DNA of 64,000 nucleotides from Trueperaceae bacterium (lineage in GTDB: Bacteria > Deinococcota > Deinococci > Deinococcales > Trueperaceae). Location: the NCBI GenBank assembly GCA_040905465.1, contig JBBDRK010000017.1, positions 1 to 64,000 of the forward strand. Reading direction: 5' to 3'. Shown here piece after piece: positions 1-9,676 of the stretch (positions within the stretch are counted from its first letter, which is position 1; the number at the start of each line of letters is the position of its first letter). The position numbers were made by a program, and so were the translations under genes. Below the pieces are notes generated by a model. It had not been told where the DNA came from, did no database searches, and saw only the letters and a program-made list of their open reading frames with translations.

Positions 1-52
1 GCGCCCTTCCTGGTCATCGCCGGGTTCGAGCGACGGAGAGGGGTGATCGGTA

Positions 53-595
53 GTGGCGGTGCTGATCGAGGCTATCAACGTCATCGTGCGGAACGAAACG
101 ATAGAGGAGAGGTACCTGGGGGGAATGGTCCAGTTCCGGCGGGAGCGTCCGAACGACACCTTCTCCAGTGACGGGCTCCTGACTAGGCTCGGGTTCATGG
201 CTCCACCCGATGTCAAGGCCTTCGTCGACCGCTTGCAGGAGCGCGGTTTAGAGCTGGTTTCCGACGGGCGGTTCGTCGACATCGTGATCGTCGACCAGCA
301 TCAGGGCGCTACGGCCGAATGTGAGTGGCTCGGCTATGGGCGCCACGTCCGCGGGTTTTCGTACGTCTTCCTGGCGGGCACCGATCCGAAGGGTCTGGTC
401 GCCGTGCCCAACGGCTGGTCGCTCGACTCTTCGCTCACGAAGCATCACGATTTCGTCTCGAACGAGAACATGGCGAGCGAGATGCTCTTCCTGCGCCACG
501 AGTGGAGCAGCGACGTCTACCTCCACCGTCGCACGGGCAGGGAGGTGCGGCTTGTGCGGGCGGGCGGCGGGCTTCCCAAGCGATTGGTCAACTGA
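53..595 (+). CDS. conserved hypothetical protein, paralog of 25812..26351
   Basis: 180-aa ORF with GAGAGGGG RBS. It aligns by eye end to end with the 25812 ORF (MAVLIEAINVIVR/MAVLIQDLNLIVR, PNGWS/PHGWS, DVYLHRRTGREVRLVR/DVYLNRRTGQEVRVVR, RLVN C-terminus). Confidence 0.8.
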   Translation: MAVLIEAINVIVRNETIEERYLGGMVQFRRERPNDTFSSDGLLTRLGFMAPPDVKAFVDRLQERGLELVSDGRFVDIVIVDQHQGATAECEWLGYGRHVRGFSYVFLAGTDPKGLVAVPNGWSLDSSLTKHHDFVSNENMASEMLFLRHEWSSDVYLHRRTGREVRLVRAGGGLPKRLVN

Positions 596-1075
596 AGGTG
601 TGCTGGTCGGTTCGTGCGACCTCGGGGGCAAGGTGGGTCGCTGGCCGACGGCGGAGGCGGGACGCGTTTCTTTTCGGCGCCTATCCCAACACGGCCCTTC
701 TCGCCTGCCGAAGCACGTCCAGTACGTGCGTACAGCATGACGGGTCGGCAGCGAAGGCCTGGCTGCTGGTGTGGTAGGTCCTTAACGTGGGTATCGACGG
801 TTTTTGGTCGAGCCGGTCCCAGCCGCGCTGAGCGTTACTTCCGGGATCCAGAAACGATCCCCCTCATCGAGGTTCTCGCGCGCCTGCAGCAGGTGACGCT
901 GACACACGAGAGGATCTGTCCTGTCCTCCTCGACAAGCAGACACTCGACATCGATCGGCCCCTATATCTGATTGGTCGCGTCGGGTGAGCCCTGCTGAAT
1001 GCCTCAGGAGCTGTGCTAGGGCAATACGTAGTTATGAATATCTAGCGAGTGGTAGGTTGTGCATGACGTGTGCAT

Positions 1076-1900
1076 ATGATTGACGCGACGCCCCGGACTG
1101 CTGAGGCTTACCTCGGGCCATGCCGCTTCGGCCAGTCCCGGCCGCAACTCTTCTTGGTCGAGAACATAGGTAAGTGCGCCGTAAAGTTCCAGCAGAATCC
1201 GCAAGGCGAAAGGGCCCTGACTAACGAACTTGTAGGATTCGGTGTCGCTGGGGCGCTGGGAATTGAGCATCCAAGAGTCGGGCTTGTTGAGGTAGGTGCA
1301 GATGTTTTGCCACACGATGGTGGATTGTTCGTGCAGGACGATGACGGCAGGCAGATAAGGTTCCAGCCCGGCATGCACTTTTATTCTCAATGGCTTGAAC
1401 CCGTAAATCGTGTGGGGCCGGAAGATCTGCTTGGGATGACCGTGCAGAACCCGCACATGTTCGCTGGAGTAGTGGTACTTGATACACTTCTTGATAATTG
1501 GGACCGGAAGCCGGCAAATCTAAATCTACTTCTGCACAGGGAACGAGATCGACAGTACCTTAAATTGATTGACCTAGGAATGGCATTTGGAGGAAGCCTG
1601 TGGACGATAGGGAATTTCCGAGATCCTAGTTTACTTCCGCTGACGGTGCCGCTTAGATATGCGGACGTGCTACCCCAATATCTTTCGGCAATAAGAGTTG
1701 AGCAGGACTTCGAAAGGTATTTGCCGAAATTAAGTAATGTGACGCACGAAGCCGTTCGAGCCCTTCTAGATCTTGTCCCGGATGCTTGGCAGATTACGGA
1801 AGAGGAGCGATCTTCCCTGCTAAGATTCATAATTCAAAGGGTCGAGGCACTGCCGAGATACTTTGAGCAAAGACTTCAGAAGGAAGTCTGGTGGCAATGA
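1076..1900 (+). CDS. HipA-like (HipA_2-type) Ser/Thr kinase
   Basis: Kinase motifs in order: GQSRP loop, VKF lysine, NEL alphaC Glu, DTLLDNWDRKPANLNLL catalytic loop, LIDLG. GC is lower than the flanks. Confidence 0.85.
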   Translation: MIDATPRTAEAYLGPCRFGQSRPQLFLVENIGKCAVKFQQNPQGERALTNELVGFGVAGALGIEHPRVGLVEVGADVLPHDGGLFVQDDDGRQIRFQPGMHFYSQWLEPVNRVGPEDLLGMTVQNPHMFAGVVVLDTLLDNWDRKPANLNLLLHRERDRQYLKLIDLGMAFGGSLWTIGNFRDPSLLPLTVPLRYADVLPQYLSAIRVEQDFERYLPKLSNVTHEAVRALLDLVPDAWQITEEERSSLLRFIIQRVEALPRYFEQRLQKEVWWQ

Positions 1901-2772
1901 ACAAGATGGATGCCTTTTATTCGGTTCTTCGGTATATACCGAACATGCTCCGCGGAGAATTCGTCAACGTGGGTGTCGTACTCGTTTGCCCGAAAATGCA
2001 GTTTCAAGGGATACGGACGATTCCGAGTTTCGGTCCGGAATCGAAAGTAAGAGTACTGGGTGAAGGCGATGGTAGATTTGTACGACATGCCGTTACTAGT
2101 CTAAGCAAGGCTCTCCAACATCGGACTATAGACCGCTTTCTGAGCAGTAAGAAGGTCGTGACAGACGGCCTGTTAACGTATGCTGGATTAAACCAGTTGA
2201 GGCTCACGTACCATAACAATATTCAGTTGACTGAGCCACGCCCGGTTCTCGTGGTAGATCCGGAATCGACCCTTGAGAACCTGTATCAATGTTTTGTTGG
2301 GGCGGCGAAGCGTGAGGCCGCCGGTACGGTGACACGCAAGGTCATGCGTAAGAAGGTTAAGGACGCGTTCCGCAAGGCGGGAGTTCTGGATCGCCCCGAG
2401 TTTTTCGTTGAGACCATACCACCTGTGCCGGCTGCTCCAAAAGTTGACTTTGCATACAGGAATGACGTAATGCACTATTACCAGGTGGTACCGTTTGAAG
2501 GATCAAACAGTACGCGTCATACTGTGCAAAGTTATCGGATGACGGCGCGTGACATGCGTGACGCGTCTAATTTGGACGACATGTATCGGTCCGCTGAGTT
2601 CACGGTCCTCGGACACTATCCTGAACACCGATTGTCAGGAGAAACTGAAGAGCTTGTTCAGGTATTAAATAGCGAGGGAATCCGGACGCTAGACTACTTG
2701 GAGGCAGGTAGTCTGGCTCGCAAGATTGCCAAACAGCTCAATGTGCATGACCATTTATTCGGGACGAACTGA
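1897..2772 (+). CDS. DUF3037 domain-containing protein
   Basis: N-terminal YSVLRYIPNMLRGEFVNVGVVL signature of DUF3037. ATGA overlap with the kinase stop. The C-terminal VDFAYRND segment resembles a restriction-endonuclease-like fold. Confidence 0.85.
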   Translation: MNKMDAFYSVLRYIPNMLRGEFVNVGVVLVCPKMQFQGIRTIPSFGPESKVRVLGEGDGRFVRHAVTSLSKALQHRTIDRFLSSKKVVTDGLLTYAGLNQLRLTYHNNIQLTEPRPVLVVDPESTLENLYQCFVGAAKREAAGTVTRKVMRKKVKDAFRKAGVLDRPEFFVETIPPVPAAPKVDFAYRNDVMHYYQVVPFEGSNSTRHTVQSYRMTARDMRDASNLDDMYRSAEFTVLGHYPEHRLSGETEELVQVLNSEGIRTLDYLEAGSLARKIAKQLNVHDHLFGTN

Positions 2773-2792
2773 GCACAGTTGCCCGCTTCCGG

Positions 2793-2824
2793 ATTGATTG
2801 CGTACACAGAGTGTGCAAATCAAT
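2793..2824. terminator. imperfect AT-rich inverted repeat after the kinase/DUF3037 pair (terminator or binding site)
   Basis: ATTGATTGCGTACAC-AGA-GTGTGCAAATCAAT, about 20 nt after the stop codon. Confidence 0.4.
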
Positions 2825-3300
2825 AGCAATGGCCGGCTACGACTGCGCACTGCTTACTACGCGGTCCGGCCCTACCGACGTACCGACTCGATAAGTCGCC
2901 GAGAATTCGCACCTGTATCTCGCGGACCTGCAAGCTCTCTCCTCGTGCTCGCCCGAGTCTTGCCGACTGGTCAGGCTGCGCCTGCGAAGTCGAAGACGTA
3001 GAACGGCCCGCGCCCCCTGATGCCTGTGCCTGGGTTGCGCAGGTGGAGGAGGCGCTCAGGGAAGTGGTGGAAGCCCGCGGCGACGGTGCCGCAGACGAGG
3101 CTGTCCAGCTCGCCGTCGAATCCATCCGCACTCCGCGGTTCGGACCCTCAGCCCCCGCAGCCCACGCACCAGGACCGTAGGCATGGTCCCTCACGCGACT
3201 GCCGCCATCCAAGGAATATTCGCCCTCCTATAGCGGTTGTAGAAGCGACATTGGGTTGCGGGGACCGGCGTGGAAGCCGGACAATAGCCCAAGGAGGAAC

Positions 3301-3882
3301 ATGCGCCTTTATTTGACGGGAGTTGCCTGCGTCGGCAAGACGACCATCGGCCGCAAGGCGGCTGCGCTGCTGGGTCTCGCCTTCTTCGATCTCGACCAGG
3401 AGGTGGAAGCGTTCTTCAAGACCGCAATCCCGCGCTTACGGCGCGAGCACCTGACCGAGTATTCCTACCGAAAGGAGGCGGCGAAGGCGCTGGCTCATCT
3501 CTTGTCTTGTCCCGAGTCGTTCGACAGTATTATCGCCCTCCCTCCCAGTGGCTTGATGCAAGGGTACTTGGCTGTGCTGAAGAAGCATCCGGGCGTGATC
3601 GCGGCGCTCTGGGATAAACCCGAGAACATTCTCGAGAGGATTACCTTCTACGACGACTACTCACGGCAAATCGAGCGTAGTTTGAGCGAGCGTGAGAGGC
3701 GGCTCTACCTGAAGGAGATCAAAGCCGATATGTCGTACTTCGGTAGGACATACCGGCAACGGGCCCACCTGCAGATAGAGATTTCCGGTCTGGATGCAGA
3801 GGGCGCCGCTAACGCGGTCAAAGAGAAGGTCGAGGCGGCCTTCTCGGCGAGCTCCATCAATCCGAACCTTTCACGTCACTAG
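3301..3882 (+). CDS. shikimate-kinase-like P-loop protein
   Basis: AGGAGG RBS before ATG 3301. Walker A GVACVGKT followed by FFDLD. Confidence 0.8.
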   Translation: MRLYLTGVACVGKTTIGRKAAALLGLAFFDLDQEVEAFFKTAIPRLRREHLTEYSYRKEAAKALAHLLSCPESFDSIIALPPSGLMQGYLAVLKKHPGVIAALWDKPENILERITFYDDYSRQIERSLSERERRLYLKEIKADMSYFGRTYRQRAHLQIEISGLDAEGAANAVKEKVEAAFSASSINPNLSRH

Positions 3883-6358
3883 TGGCATCGAACATCGATA
3901 CCTGCACCGCGTTCTTGCGATTCTCCGCGCCCGAGCGGTCCATGAAGCGGTATCCCAGGCTCCTGTATCCGGCCTCTCGTTTGAGCGCCATTCTTGCTAA
4001 CATCGGCTCGTGTTCGTCTACGTAGTCGTAGATGAGCACGTAGTGTTTGGCCGCGTGTTTGCGGTGAAGCCTCCCGGCGTATTGGGCGAGAGTTCCGCGC
4101 CAGGAGATGGGCATGGTCAGGAATAGCGTGTCGAGTCGGGCGTCGTCGAAGCCTTCGCCCAGGAACTTGCCCGTAGCCAGTAGGACCCGTTCCTCGTGAT
4201 CCTTGATGGTTGCCAGGCGTTCCGCCGCCTCTCGTGCCTCCCGCGGTTTCATTCCGCCGCTGAGGACGACGAGGTTCTTGACGAACCCCGACAGGCGCTT
4301 AGATAGATGTTCCAGGTGATCTTTGCGCTCGGTGATCACCAGTGGTGAGCGGCCGGCTTCCAGGGAGGCAATGATGTCATCGAAGATGAGGTCGTTGCGC
4401 TGCTGGTCTTGGGCGAGTTCCGCGTAGAGCTTCTGGATGGTCTGCCGCCGTTCCGGCTCTTTCGGCGCGGCTCGGAATTGCGTAGTTCGGACGATCACCC
4501 GATGTTCGAATGGGCGGCGTTTGGCCTGCTTCCTGGCGCTCACTCGATATCTTAGTGGGCCGCACTGCATGAAGATGATCGGGTGGTGGCCGTCCTTGCG
4601 GGTGACGGTGGCTGAGAGCCCCAGCACGTACTTGGCCTTGGCTTCTCTGGCGACGGCCTCGAAGCCTACCGCCGACAGGTGGTGGCACTCGTCGATCACC
4701 AGGTGCCCGTAGTCACCAACCAGGTCCGACACTACTCCCTTTCGGAACAGGCTCTGCATTAGGGCGACGTCGATTTTTCCGGTTGGCTTCTTCCTGCCGC
4801 CATGGAAGGCCCCAATGTCTTTCGGGTCGATGTTGAGAAACACCTGAAGTCGCGCCACCCACTGCTCCAGGAGCTGTCTACGATGCACCAGGATGAGCGT
4901 GTTGCGGCTGCGCTCCGCTATTAGCTTCGCCGCAACCACGGTCTTTCCGAACGCGGTCGCGGCGGCGAGCACGCCGTTCTCGTGCTCGAGGAGGGCTGAT
5001 GCAGCCTTCTCCTGGTCGGGAGCCAGCTCGCCCAGGAAGCGTGCCGAAAGCAGCGTTCCCTCCTGGCGCTCGTCTTGCACGGTGACACTGATGCCGAGGT
5101 CGCGGAGGCAGGTATGGAGCTCGTCGAGGCAACCGCGCGGTAGGGCCAGATGGTTCGGGAACAGCTCGGCGCACGAGATGATGCGGGGCTTGCCGAAGGT
5201 CGGTAGTCGCATCGCTTGCGCGGCGTAGAACTCCGGGTTCTGGAAGGCCGCGAGCCGCGCGAGGCGGTTGGTTAGCGCCGGCGGCAGGTTCGAGCGCTCG
5301 ACGTACAGCCTGTTGCCCAGCACGACCTCCACCTCTTCCGGCAAGTCCCCTTGGATCGGCGACTCCTTCATTCGCCTCGAGGGTGGTGAGGCCCACGGCT
5401 CGTCGTCCTCGTCCGCTGATGGCAGCGTCATGCCGAGGATCTGCCCTGTGGAACTCGCCTCGGTGACGATCGCCAGAACCTGCTGCCGAGATAGCTTGTC
5501 GACACAGGACAGATACGACCACTGGTCCGCGTAGGGTTGCAGCTCGCCGTCCAGGAAGACCGTGTTGCCGTGCTCACGAGCGCGGCCCTGGAGAGGCAAG
5601 GCGATCAGGTTCCCGAAGCCGCCGGCAGGGGTGATGTCCTGGCTGGGGAAGAGGCGATCGTAGGAGTCGAAGCCTATCTCGGGGGAGCGGTCCATGGCGG
5701 CGGTGATCAGCGCTGCTGCGAGCCTCCTAGCCTCCACGGCCGGAACCGGTTCCGAGAAGAACATCCAGGCATGGGCGCCCTCTCCTGATCGGGAGCGCTC
5801 GATCGCCGGCCTCACGCCGCTGGCCTTGGCGGCTTCGCGGAAAGCGGTAACGTCTTGCCTCCACGACTTCTTGTCGAAGTCGAGGGCAACGAACCAGCAC
5901 GTTTCGTCGGGCAGCATAGGATAAACCCCGAGCGTGAAATCGCCCGGTCGGCCCGGCTCCCTGCCCGTCAGGTGGTAGGACAAGACGTCTTCGGTGAGCG
6001 GCCAGAACGCTTGATTTGGGCACTCCCCGCACTTGACCCGGGGTTTGCCGCAGACCCCTCGTACCCACTCGTTCCGACAGGCCGGAGCGTAACCTGACTT
6101 GCCGGTCTTCGGGTTCTCCCAGCGCCTTGCGTAAACGTCTTCGCGGCCGCGGAAAAGCGAAGCGAAGAGTGCGATCTTCTCCGACGACGGCGAAGTCTTG
6201 GCGAGGCCTGGCGCATCCGACCGTTCTCGATCGCCGGTCTTTCTCGCGGAGGCGGATTCGAGCGAGGCCAGGCTCTTGGCGATTGCCGCCCTTTCGCGGT
6301 CTAGCTCGGTGAGGCGCTCCTTCAGGTTCTCGATATGTGCGGCGGTGTCCTCAACCAT
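3857..6358 (-). CDS. TOTE-type archaeo-eukaryotic primase domain fused to an SF2 (ResIII/XPB-like) helicase
   Basis: N-terminal LFRGREDVYARRW, a Cys cluster, GVYP..CWFVALDFD and ERSRSGEGAHAW (AEP motifs). C-terminal TAFGKT, DECH, GLSAT, GEGFD and QYAGRLHR helicase motifs. Start MVEDT chosen. Confidence 0.85.
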   Translation of the reverse strand: MVEDTAAHIENLKERLTELDRERAAIAKSLASLESASARKTGDRERSDAPGLAKTSPSSEKIALFASLFRGREDVYARRWENPKTGKSGYAPACRNEWVRGVCGKPRVKCGECPNQAFWPLTEDVLSYHLTGREPGRPGDFTLGVYPMLPDETCWFVALDFDKKSWRQDVTAFREAAKASGVRPAIERSRSGEGAHAWMFFSEPVPAVEARRLAAALITAAMDRSPEIGFDSYDRLFPSQDITPAGGFGNLIALPLQGRAREHGNTVFLDGELQPYADQWSYLSCVDKLSRQQVLAIVTEASSTGQILGMTLPSADEDDEPWASPPSRRMKESPIQGDLPEEVEVVLGNRLYVERSNLPPALTNRLARLAAFQNPEFYAAQAMRLPTFGKPRIISCAELFPNHLALPRGCLDELHTCLRDLGISVTVQDERQEGTLLSARFLGELAPDQEKAASALLEHENGVLAAATAFGKTVVAAKLIAERSRNTLILVHRRQLLEQWVARLQVFLNIDPKDIGAFHGGRKKPTGKIDVALMQSLFRKGVVSDLVGDYGHLVIDECHHLSAVGFEAVAREAKAKYVLGLSATVTRKDGHHPIIFMQCGPLRYRVSARKQAKRRPFEHRVIVRTTQFRAAPKEPERRQTIQKLYAELAQDQQRNDLIFDDIIASLEAGRSPLVITERKDHLEHLSKRLSGFVKNLVVLSGGMKPREAREAAERLATIKDHEERVLLATGKFLGEGFDDARLDTLFLTMPISWRGTLAQYAGRLHRKHAAKHYVLIYDYVDEHEPMLARMALKREAGYRSLGYRFMDRSGAENRKNAVQVSMFDATSDVKGSD

Positions 6359-6627
6359 TCGGGAAGAAAGCCCTCTCTTATCTAGGCTCGAGCTTATCCC
6401 AACTGATGACTTCCCCTCGCTGGGCCGTGCGGTTACGCAGGTACGCCGTTGCTGGAAGCGGCCGCCGAACGAGTGAAACAGAATTGGGCGCTGGCAGGCC
6501 ATCGTGGATGGCGGGTAGACGCACGTGTCGATCAACTCGCCGAGAGGGAGCCCCGGTGAGCGCGCCAGCCTTGATTAAAGCCAAGTGAGCAGGAGTGAAG
6601 GTGGCCGACGGCCGCTACAGTTGGCCC

Positions 6628-7356
6628 ATGGGAATGTTCGACCGGATCCACCTGGAGAACGAGATCCCCGATCCGGAACTCCGCGACGAGGAGTGGCAGA
6701 CGAAGAGCCTCGAGAACATGCTCCTCGACTACCGCGTTACCAGGGAAGGCGAGTTGATCGTCAAGCGGCAGGAGTTCGAGCCGCACGAGGATCCGGAGAG
6801 CTTCACGGGGTTTGTCTTGAAGGCGGTGCGAGAGTGGGAGGAGAAGGTCGAGCACCACGGCGTGGTGGAGACGTACGCCCACCAGGATCTGCCTGATGAG
6901 TCGACGCGGGTTCTGACGTACTTCCTCTTCTTCACCTATGGGAGGCTGACCAGTCTCGAGCGCACCGAGAGGGTGCTTCCGCCAAGGAAGCCTCTGCCGA
7001 GGTTGGAGGATGACAGCCCCCGCGTGAGGAATACGTTCGGTGAGCTCGAGGTCGATCTGCCCGAGACAATCCGGATCTTGGCGCTGGAGCCCGAAGGGAA
7101 CTTGTTTCTTCTCGCCCTCGGATTCGATGGCTACTTGCATTGCCGCTCGTCGAGCAGCGACGGGGGCATAGAAATCCGCGGAAACAGTCAAGCGGATGCC
7201 GGAGAAGCGAAAATGGTCAGCTCCGGTGTGGTGAGGCATCTGCACGGGGCGGAGATCGAGATTCTGGCTGAGTCAAGAAGGGGTATTGAGCATCTTCTGG
7301 TGCTCGCGCCGGGTGGCTACCGTGCGGAGTGGAAGCGCGGGGATTCACAGAGGTGA
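6628..7356 (+). CDS. hypothetical protein
   Basis: Good high-GC codon usage. The N-terminal MGMFD..WQTKSL..Y.V..EG.L pattern is recalled from mobile/phage hypothetical proteins. Confidence 0.6.
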   Translation: MGMFDRIHLENEIPDPELRDEEWQTKSLENMLLDYRVTREGELIVKRQEFEPHEDPESFTGFVLKAVREWEEKVEHHGVVETYAHQDLPDESTRVLTYFLFFTYGRLTSLERTERVLPPRKPLPRLEDDSPRVRNTFGELEVDLPETIRILALEPEGNLFLLALGFDGYLHCRSSSSDGGIEIRGNSQADAGEAKMVSSGVVRHLHGAEIEILAESRRGIEHLLVLAPGGYRAEWKRGDSQR

Positions 7357-7435
7357 GTGTCTCGACGAGAGGCTCTGCCGCGAGTAAATCGCTCCACCTT
7401 TACACCTTTTTGCTAGTATTCAACCAGGAGGAGTC

Positions 7436-7705
7436 ATGGCGTTGAATATCAAGAGTCCGGAGGTGGAACGCCTCGCTTCGGAGTTGGCAAAAATCACCGG
7501 TGAAAGCAAGACGGAAGCGGTACGCAAGGCGCTTGAGCAACGGAAGGCTAGCTTGTCGGTAGGAATCAACATGGGCAAACGAGAGCGGTGGATCGAGTTC
7601 CTCGAGTCCGAGATCTGGCCGGATATCCCGAAAGGGCAGCTGGGTCGCCGGCTAAGCAAGGAGGAAGAGGAAGCTATCCTGGGCTTTGGGCCTGAAGGCG
7701 TATGA
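7436..7705 (+). CDS. vapB: VapB-type antitoxin (Rv0623/PSK family)
   Basis: MALNIKSPEVERLASELAKITGESKTEAVRKAL. AGGAGGAG RBS. ATGA overlap with the PIN gene. Confidence 0.85.
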   Translation: MALNIKSPEVERLASELAKITGESKTEAVRKALEQRKASLSVGINMGKRERWIEFLESEIWPDIPKGQLGRRLSKEEEEAILGFGPEGV

Positions 7706-8091
7706 TCCTCGACACCAGCGCCATCATCGCCATCCTGGTTCGAGAACCCGAGTGGGACCGCCTGATAGGTGCGCTCGAAGGCGCTGCTTCCATAGCATGT
7801 GGGGCGCCGACTCTTGCAGAAACGGGCATCGTACTGGGAAACCGCTTTGGTTTCGAATCAGCCAAGGTGCACCGGTTCGTGCAGGAGTTTGGTGTCCAGA
7901 CAGTGCCCTTCGGCGGCGAGCATTGGGCTCAGGCAGTGCGGGCATATCGAAGGTATGGGAAGGGTCGGCACAAGGCGAACCTCAACTTCGGCGACTGCCT
8001 TGCCTACTCCGTGGCGAAGCTGTCCCGCCTGCCTCTGCTCTTCGTAGGAAACGATTTTGCCGAGACCGATCTTGAGACTGTCGGCTATTGA
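7702..8091 (+). CDS. vapC: VapC PIN-domain toxin
   Basis: MILDTSAIIAIL...LNFGDC...LLFVGNDF. Confidence 0.9.
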   Translation: MILDTSAIIAILVREPEWDRLIGALEGAASIACGAPTLAETGIVLGNRFGFESAKVHRFVQEFGVQTVPFGGEHWAQAVRAYRRYGKGRHKANLNFGDCLAYSVAKLSRLPLLFVGNDFAETDLETVGY

Positions 8092-8337
8092 TCGGGAGCA
8101 ACTCGGCGAACCGGAATAACGTCTTCGAGAGGTACGGCCTGGCTTTCCTCGACGCAGTCCGCTTGATTCATCTCCTCGAATATCGGTACCCACGTGAAGC
8201 ATCCATCTCGAGGCAACCCCATCGATGCCGGGTCTCACCGGGGCGATCTCTCAACCCGGATCATTCAGTCGGGATCTCCTGTTTCCGCCAACGGTCTTGG
8301 CGAACGTACCGATCAATGTCGATTTGGACGCGGCAGC

Positions 8338-9585
8338 TTAGCGGCTCCAGACGGGGGCGCTGCCGCGGGCGACAGGGTGCAGCTGCCCGGTCAAGGTCAC
8401 CACGTAGATGCGTGTGATGCCGTCGTCGTCGACAATGGGCAGCACCAGCGCGTCGCTCGCGGGCGACCAGATGTCGTGGCTGAGGGTGTACTGGTCGAAG
8501 AAGGGCAGAAACTGGGCTATGAAGAGCGGGCTGGGCCGGAAGGTGGCCACCTGCCACACCTTGCCGCTGGCTACCTCAGCGACGGCGAGATCGAGCAGCG
8601 GCAGGCGCTGCTGCCCGTCTGCGTCGTCGGCGTCCCCACCGCCCTCGTCCCGTAACGCCGGGGTGAAGTAGGCGATACAGCAGCCGTCAGGGGACCAGAA
8701 GAAGGCGATGGCGAGCTGGGGGACCAGGGGCTCCAGCAGCCCCGACTCGGCGTCCAACAGGGAGATCGGCCCGTAGAAGTAGGGCGCCTGCCCAGGGGGG
8801 CTAATGAATGCCAGGAGGTCCGCCGTCGGACTCCAGCTGAGGGCTATCAGGCCCTGGTGGCCCACCTCGCGGGCCACCGGTTCTGCTTCGACAGCCTCCA
8901 GCTGCGGATTGCTCTGCACGACCAGGCGCCCGCGGCCGAGGGCGTCCACTGCGCCGTAGGCGATGTAACGTTCGCTGGCGGAGATCCCTGGCGCCTGGAA
9001 GAAGCCGGGGGCGGCCAGGTCCCCGCCGGGCCCCTCCCCAGCGGCGTCGATGAAGGTGAGCCTGGAGCCCGGGCCAGCGAAGCCGGTATGCCTCAGCAGA
9101 CCCTCCCCGTCGGCTGTCCACTGCCAGTAGAAGGGTTGCCCGGTGAGCCTGAGGCGGCTCTTGGCGTCTTCCGGCGAAGCGATGTGCAGACCGATGCCGC
9201 TGGGATGGTTTGCCAGAAAGCCAAGTTGCCGGCCGTCCGGGGTCCAGTAGAGGTAGAACGGTGGCTCCTCTTGGCTGCGGTAGAGTTCCTGAGGCTCGGC
9301 GCTGGCGCTATCGGCAACCGTGTAGACGGCGCCCCCCGCGGTATCTGCCCCGATGACGGCCAGGGTGGTGCCGTCAGGGGACCAGGCCGGAAACTGAAAC
9401 TGCCGACCCGGCTCGGTGAGGATCCGCAGCTCGCTGCCGTCCGGGGCCACCGTCGCCACGCGCCCGTCGGGATCGATGAAGGCGATGCGCCCCTGATCTT
9501 GGGCTAGGCTCAGGCTCAGGTGCGACAGGAGCAAGACGGCTAGCAGGACCGGCACTCCCCCGAAGGCTCGTCCGGTTGTGCTCAC
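8338..9585 (-). CDS. secreted TolB-like (PD40 beta-propeller) protein
   Basis: Signal peptide ending SLAQ. Repeated PAWSPDG/WTPDG/WSPT/WSPDG motifs. Confidence 0.8.
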   Translation of the reverse strand: MSTTGRAFGGVPVLLAVLLLSHLSLSLAQDQGRIAFIDPDGRVATVAPDGSELRILTEPGRQFQFPAWSPDGTTLAVIGADTAGGAVYTVADSASAEPQELYRSQEEPPFYLYWTPDGRQLGFLANHPSGIGLHIASPEDAKSRLRLTGQPFYWQWTADGEGLLRHTGFAGPGSRLTFIDAAGEGPGGDLAAPGFFQAPGISASERYIAYGAVDALGRGRLVVQSNPQLEAVEAEPVAREVGHQGLIALSWSPTADLLAFISPPGQAPYFYGPISLLDAESGLLEPLVPQLAIAFFWSPDGCCIAYFTPALRDEGGGDADDADGQQRLPLLDLAVAEVASGKVWQVATFRPSPLFIAQFLPFFDQYTLSHDIWSPASDALVLPIVDDDGITRIYVVTLTGQLHPVARGSAPVWSR

Positions 9586-9676
9586 GCCACCAGTCTAGCG
9601 GCCCCCGGGCGGCCAAGGCCATGTTCTGCCGAGGCTTCTACGCTCACTTGCCTTCAGGGGGCTTCGCTCAAAGCCC

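Noticed and set aside
2985-3125. minus-strand coding-like fragment (FDGELDSLVCGTVAAGFHHFPERLLHLRNPG)
   Set aside because: Probably gene debris, but no family could be assigned.
8088-8200. possible BrnT toxin remnant (NRNNVFERYGLAFLDAVRL)
   Set aside because: The resemblance is short and degenerate and cannot be supported without a search.
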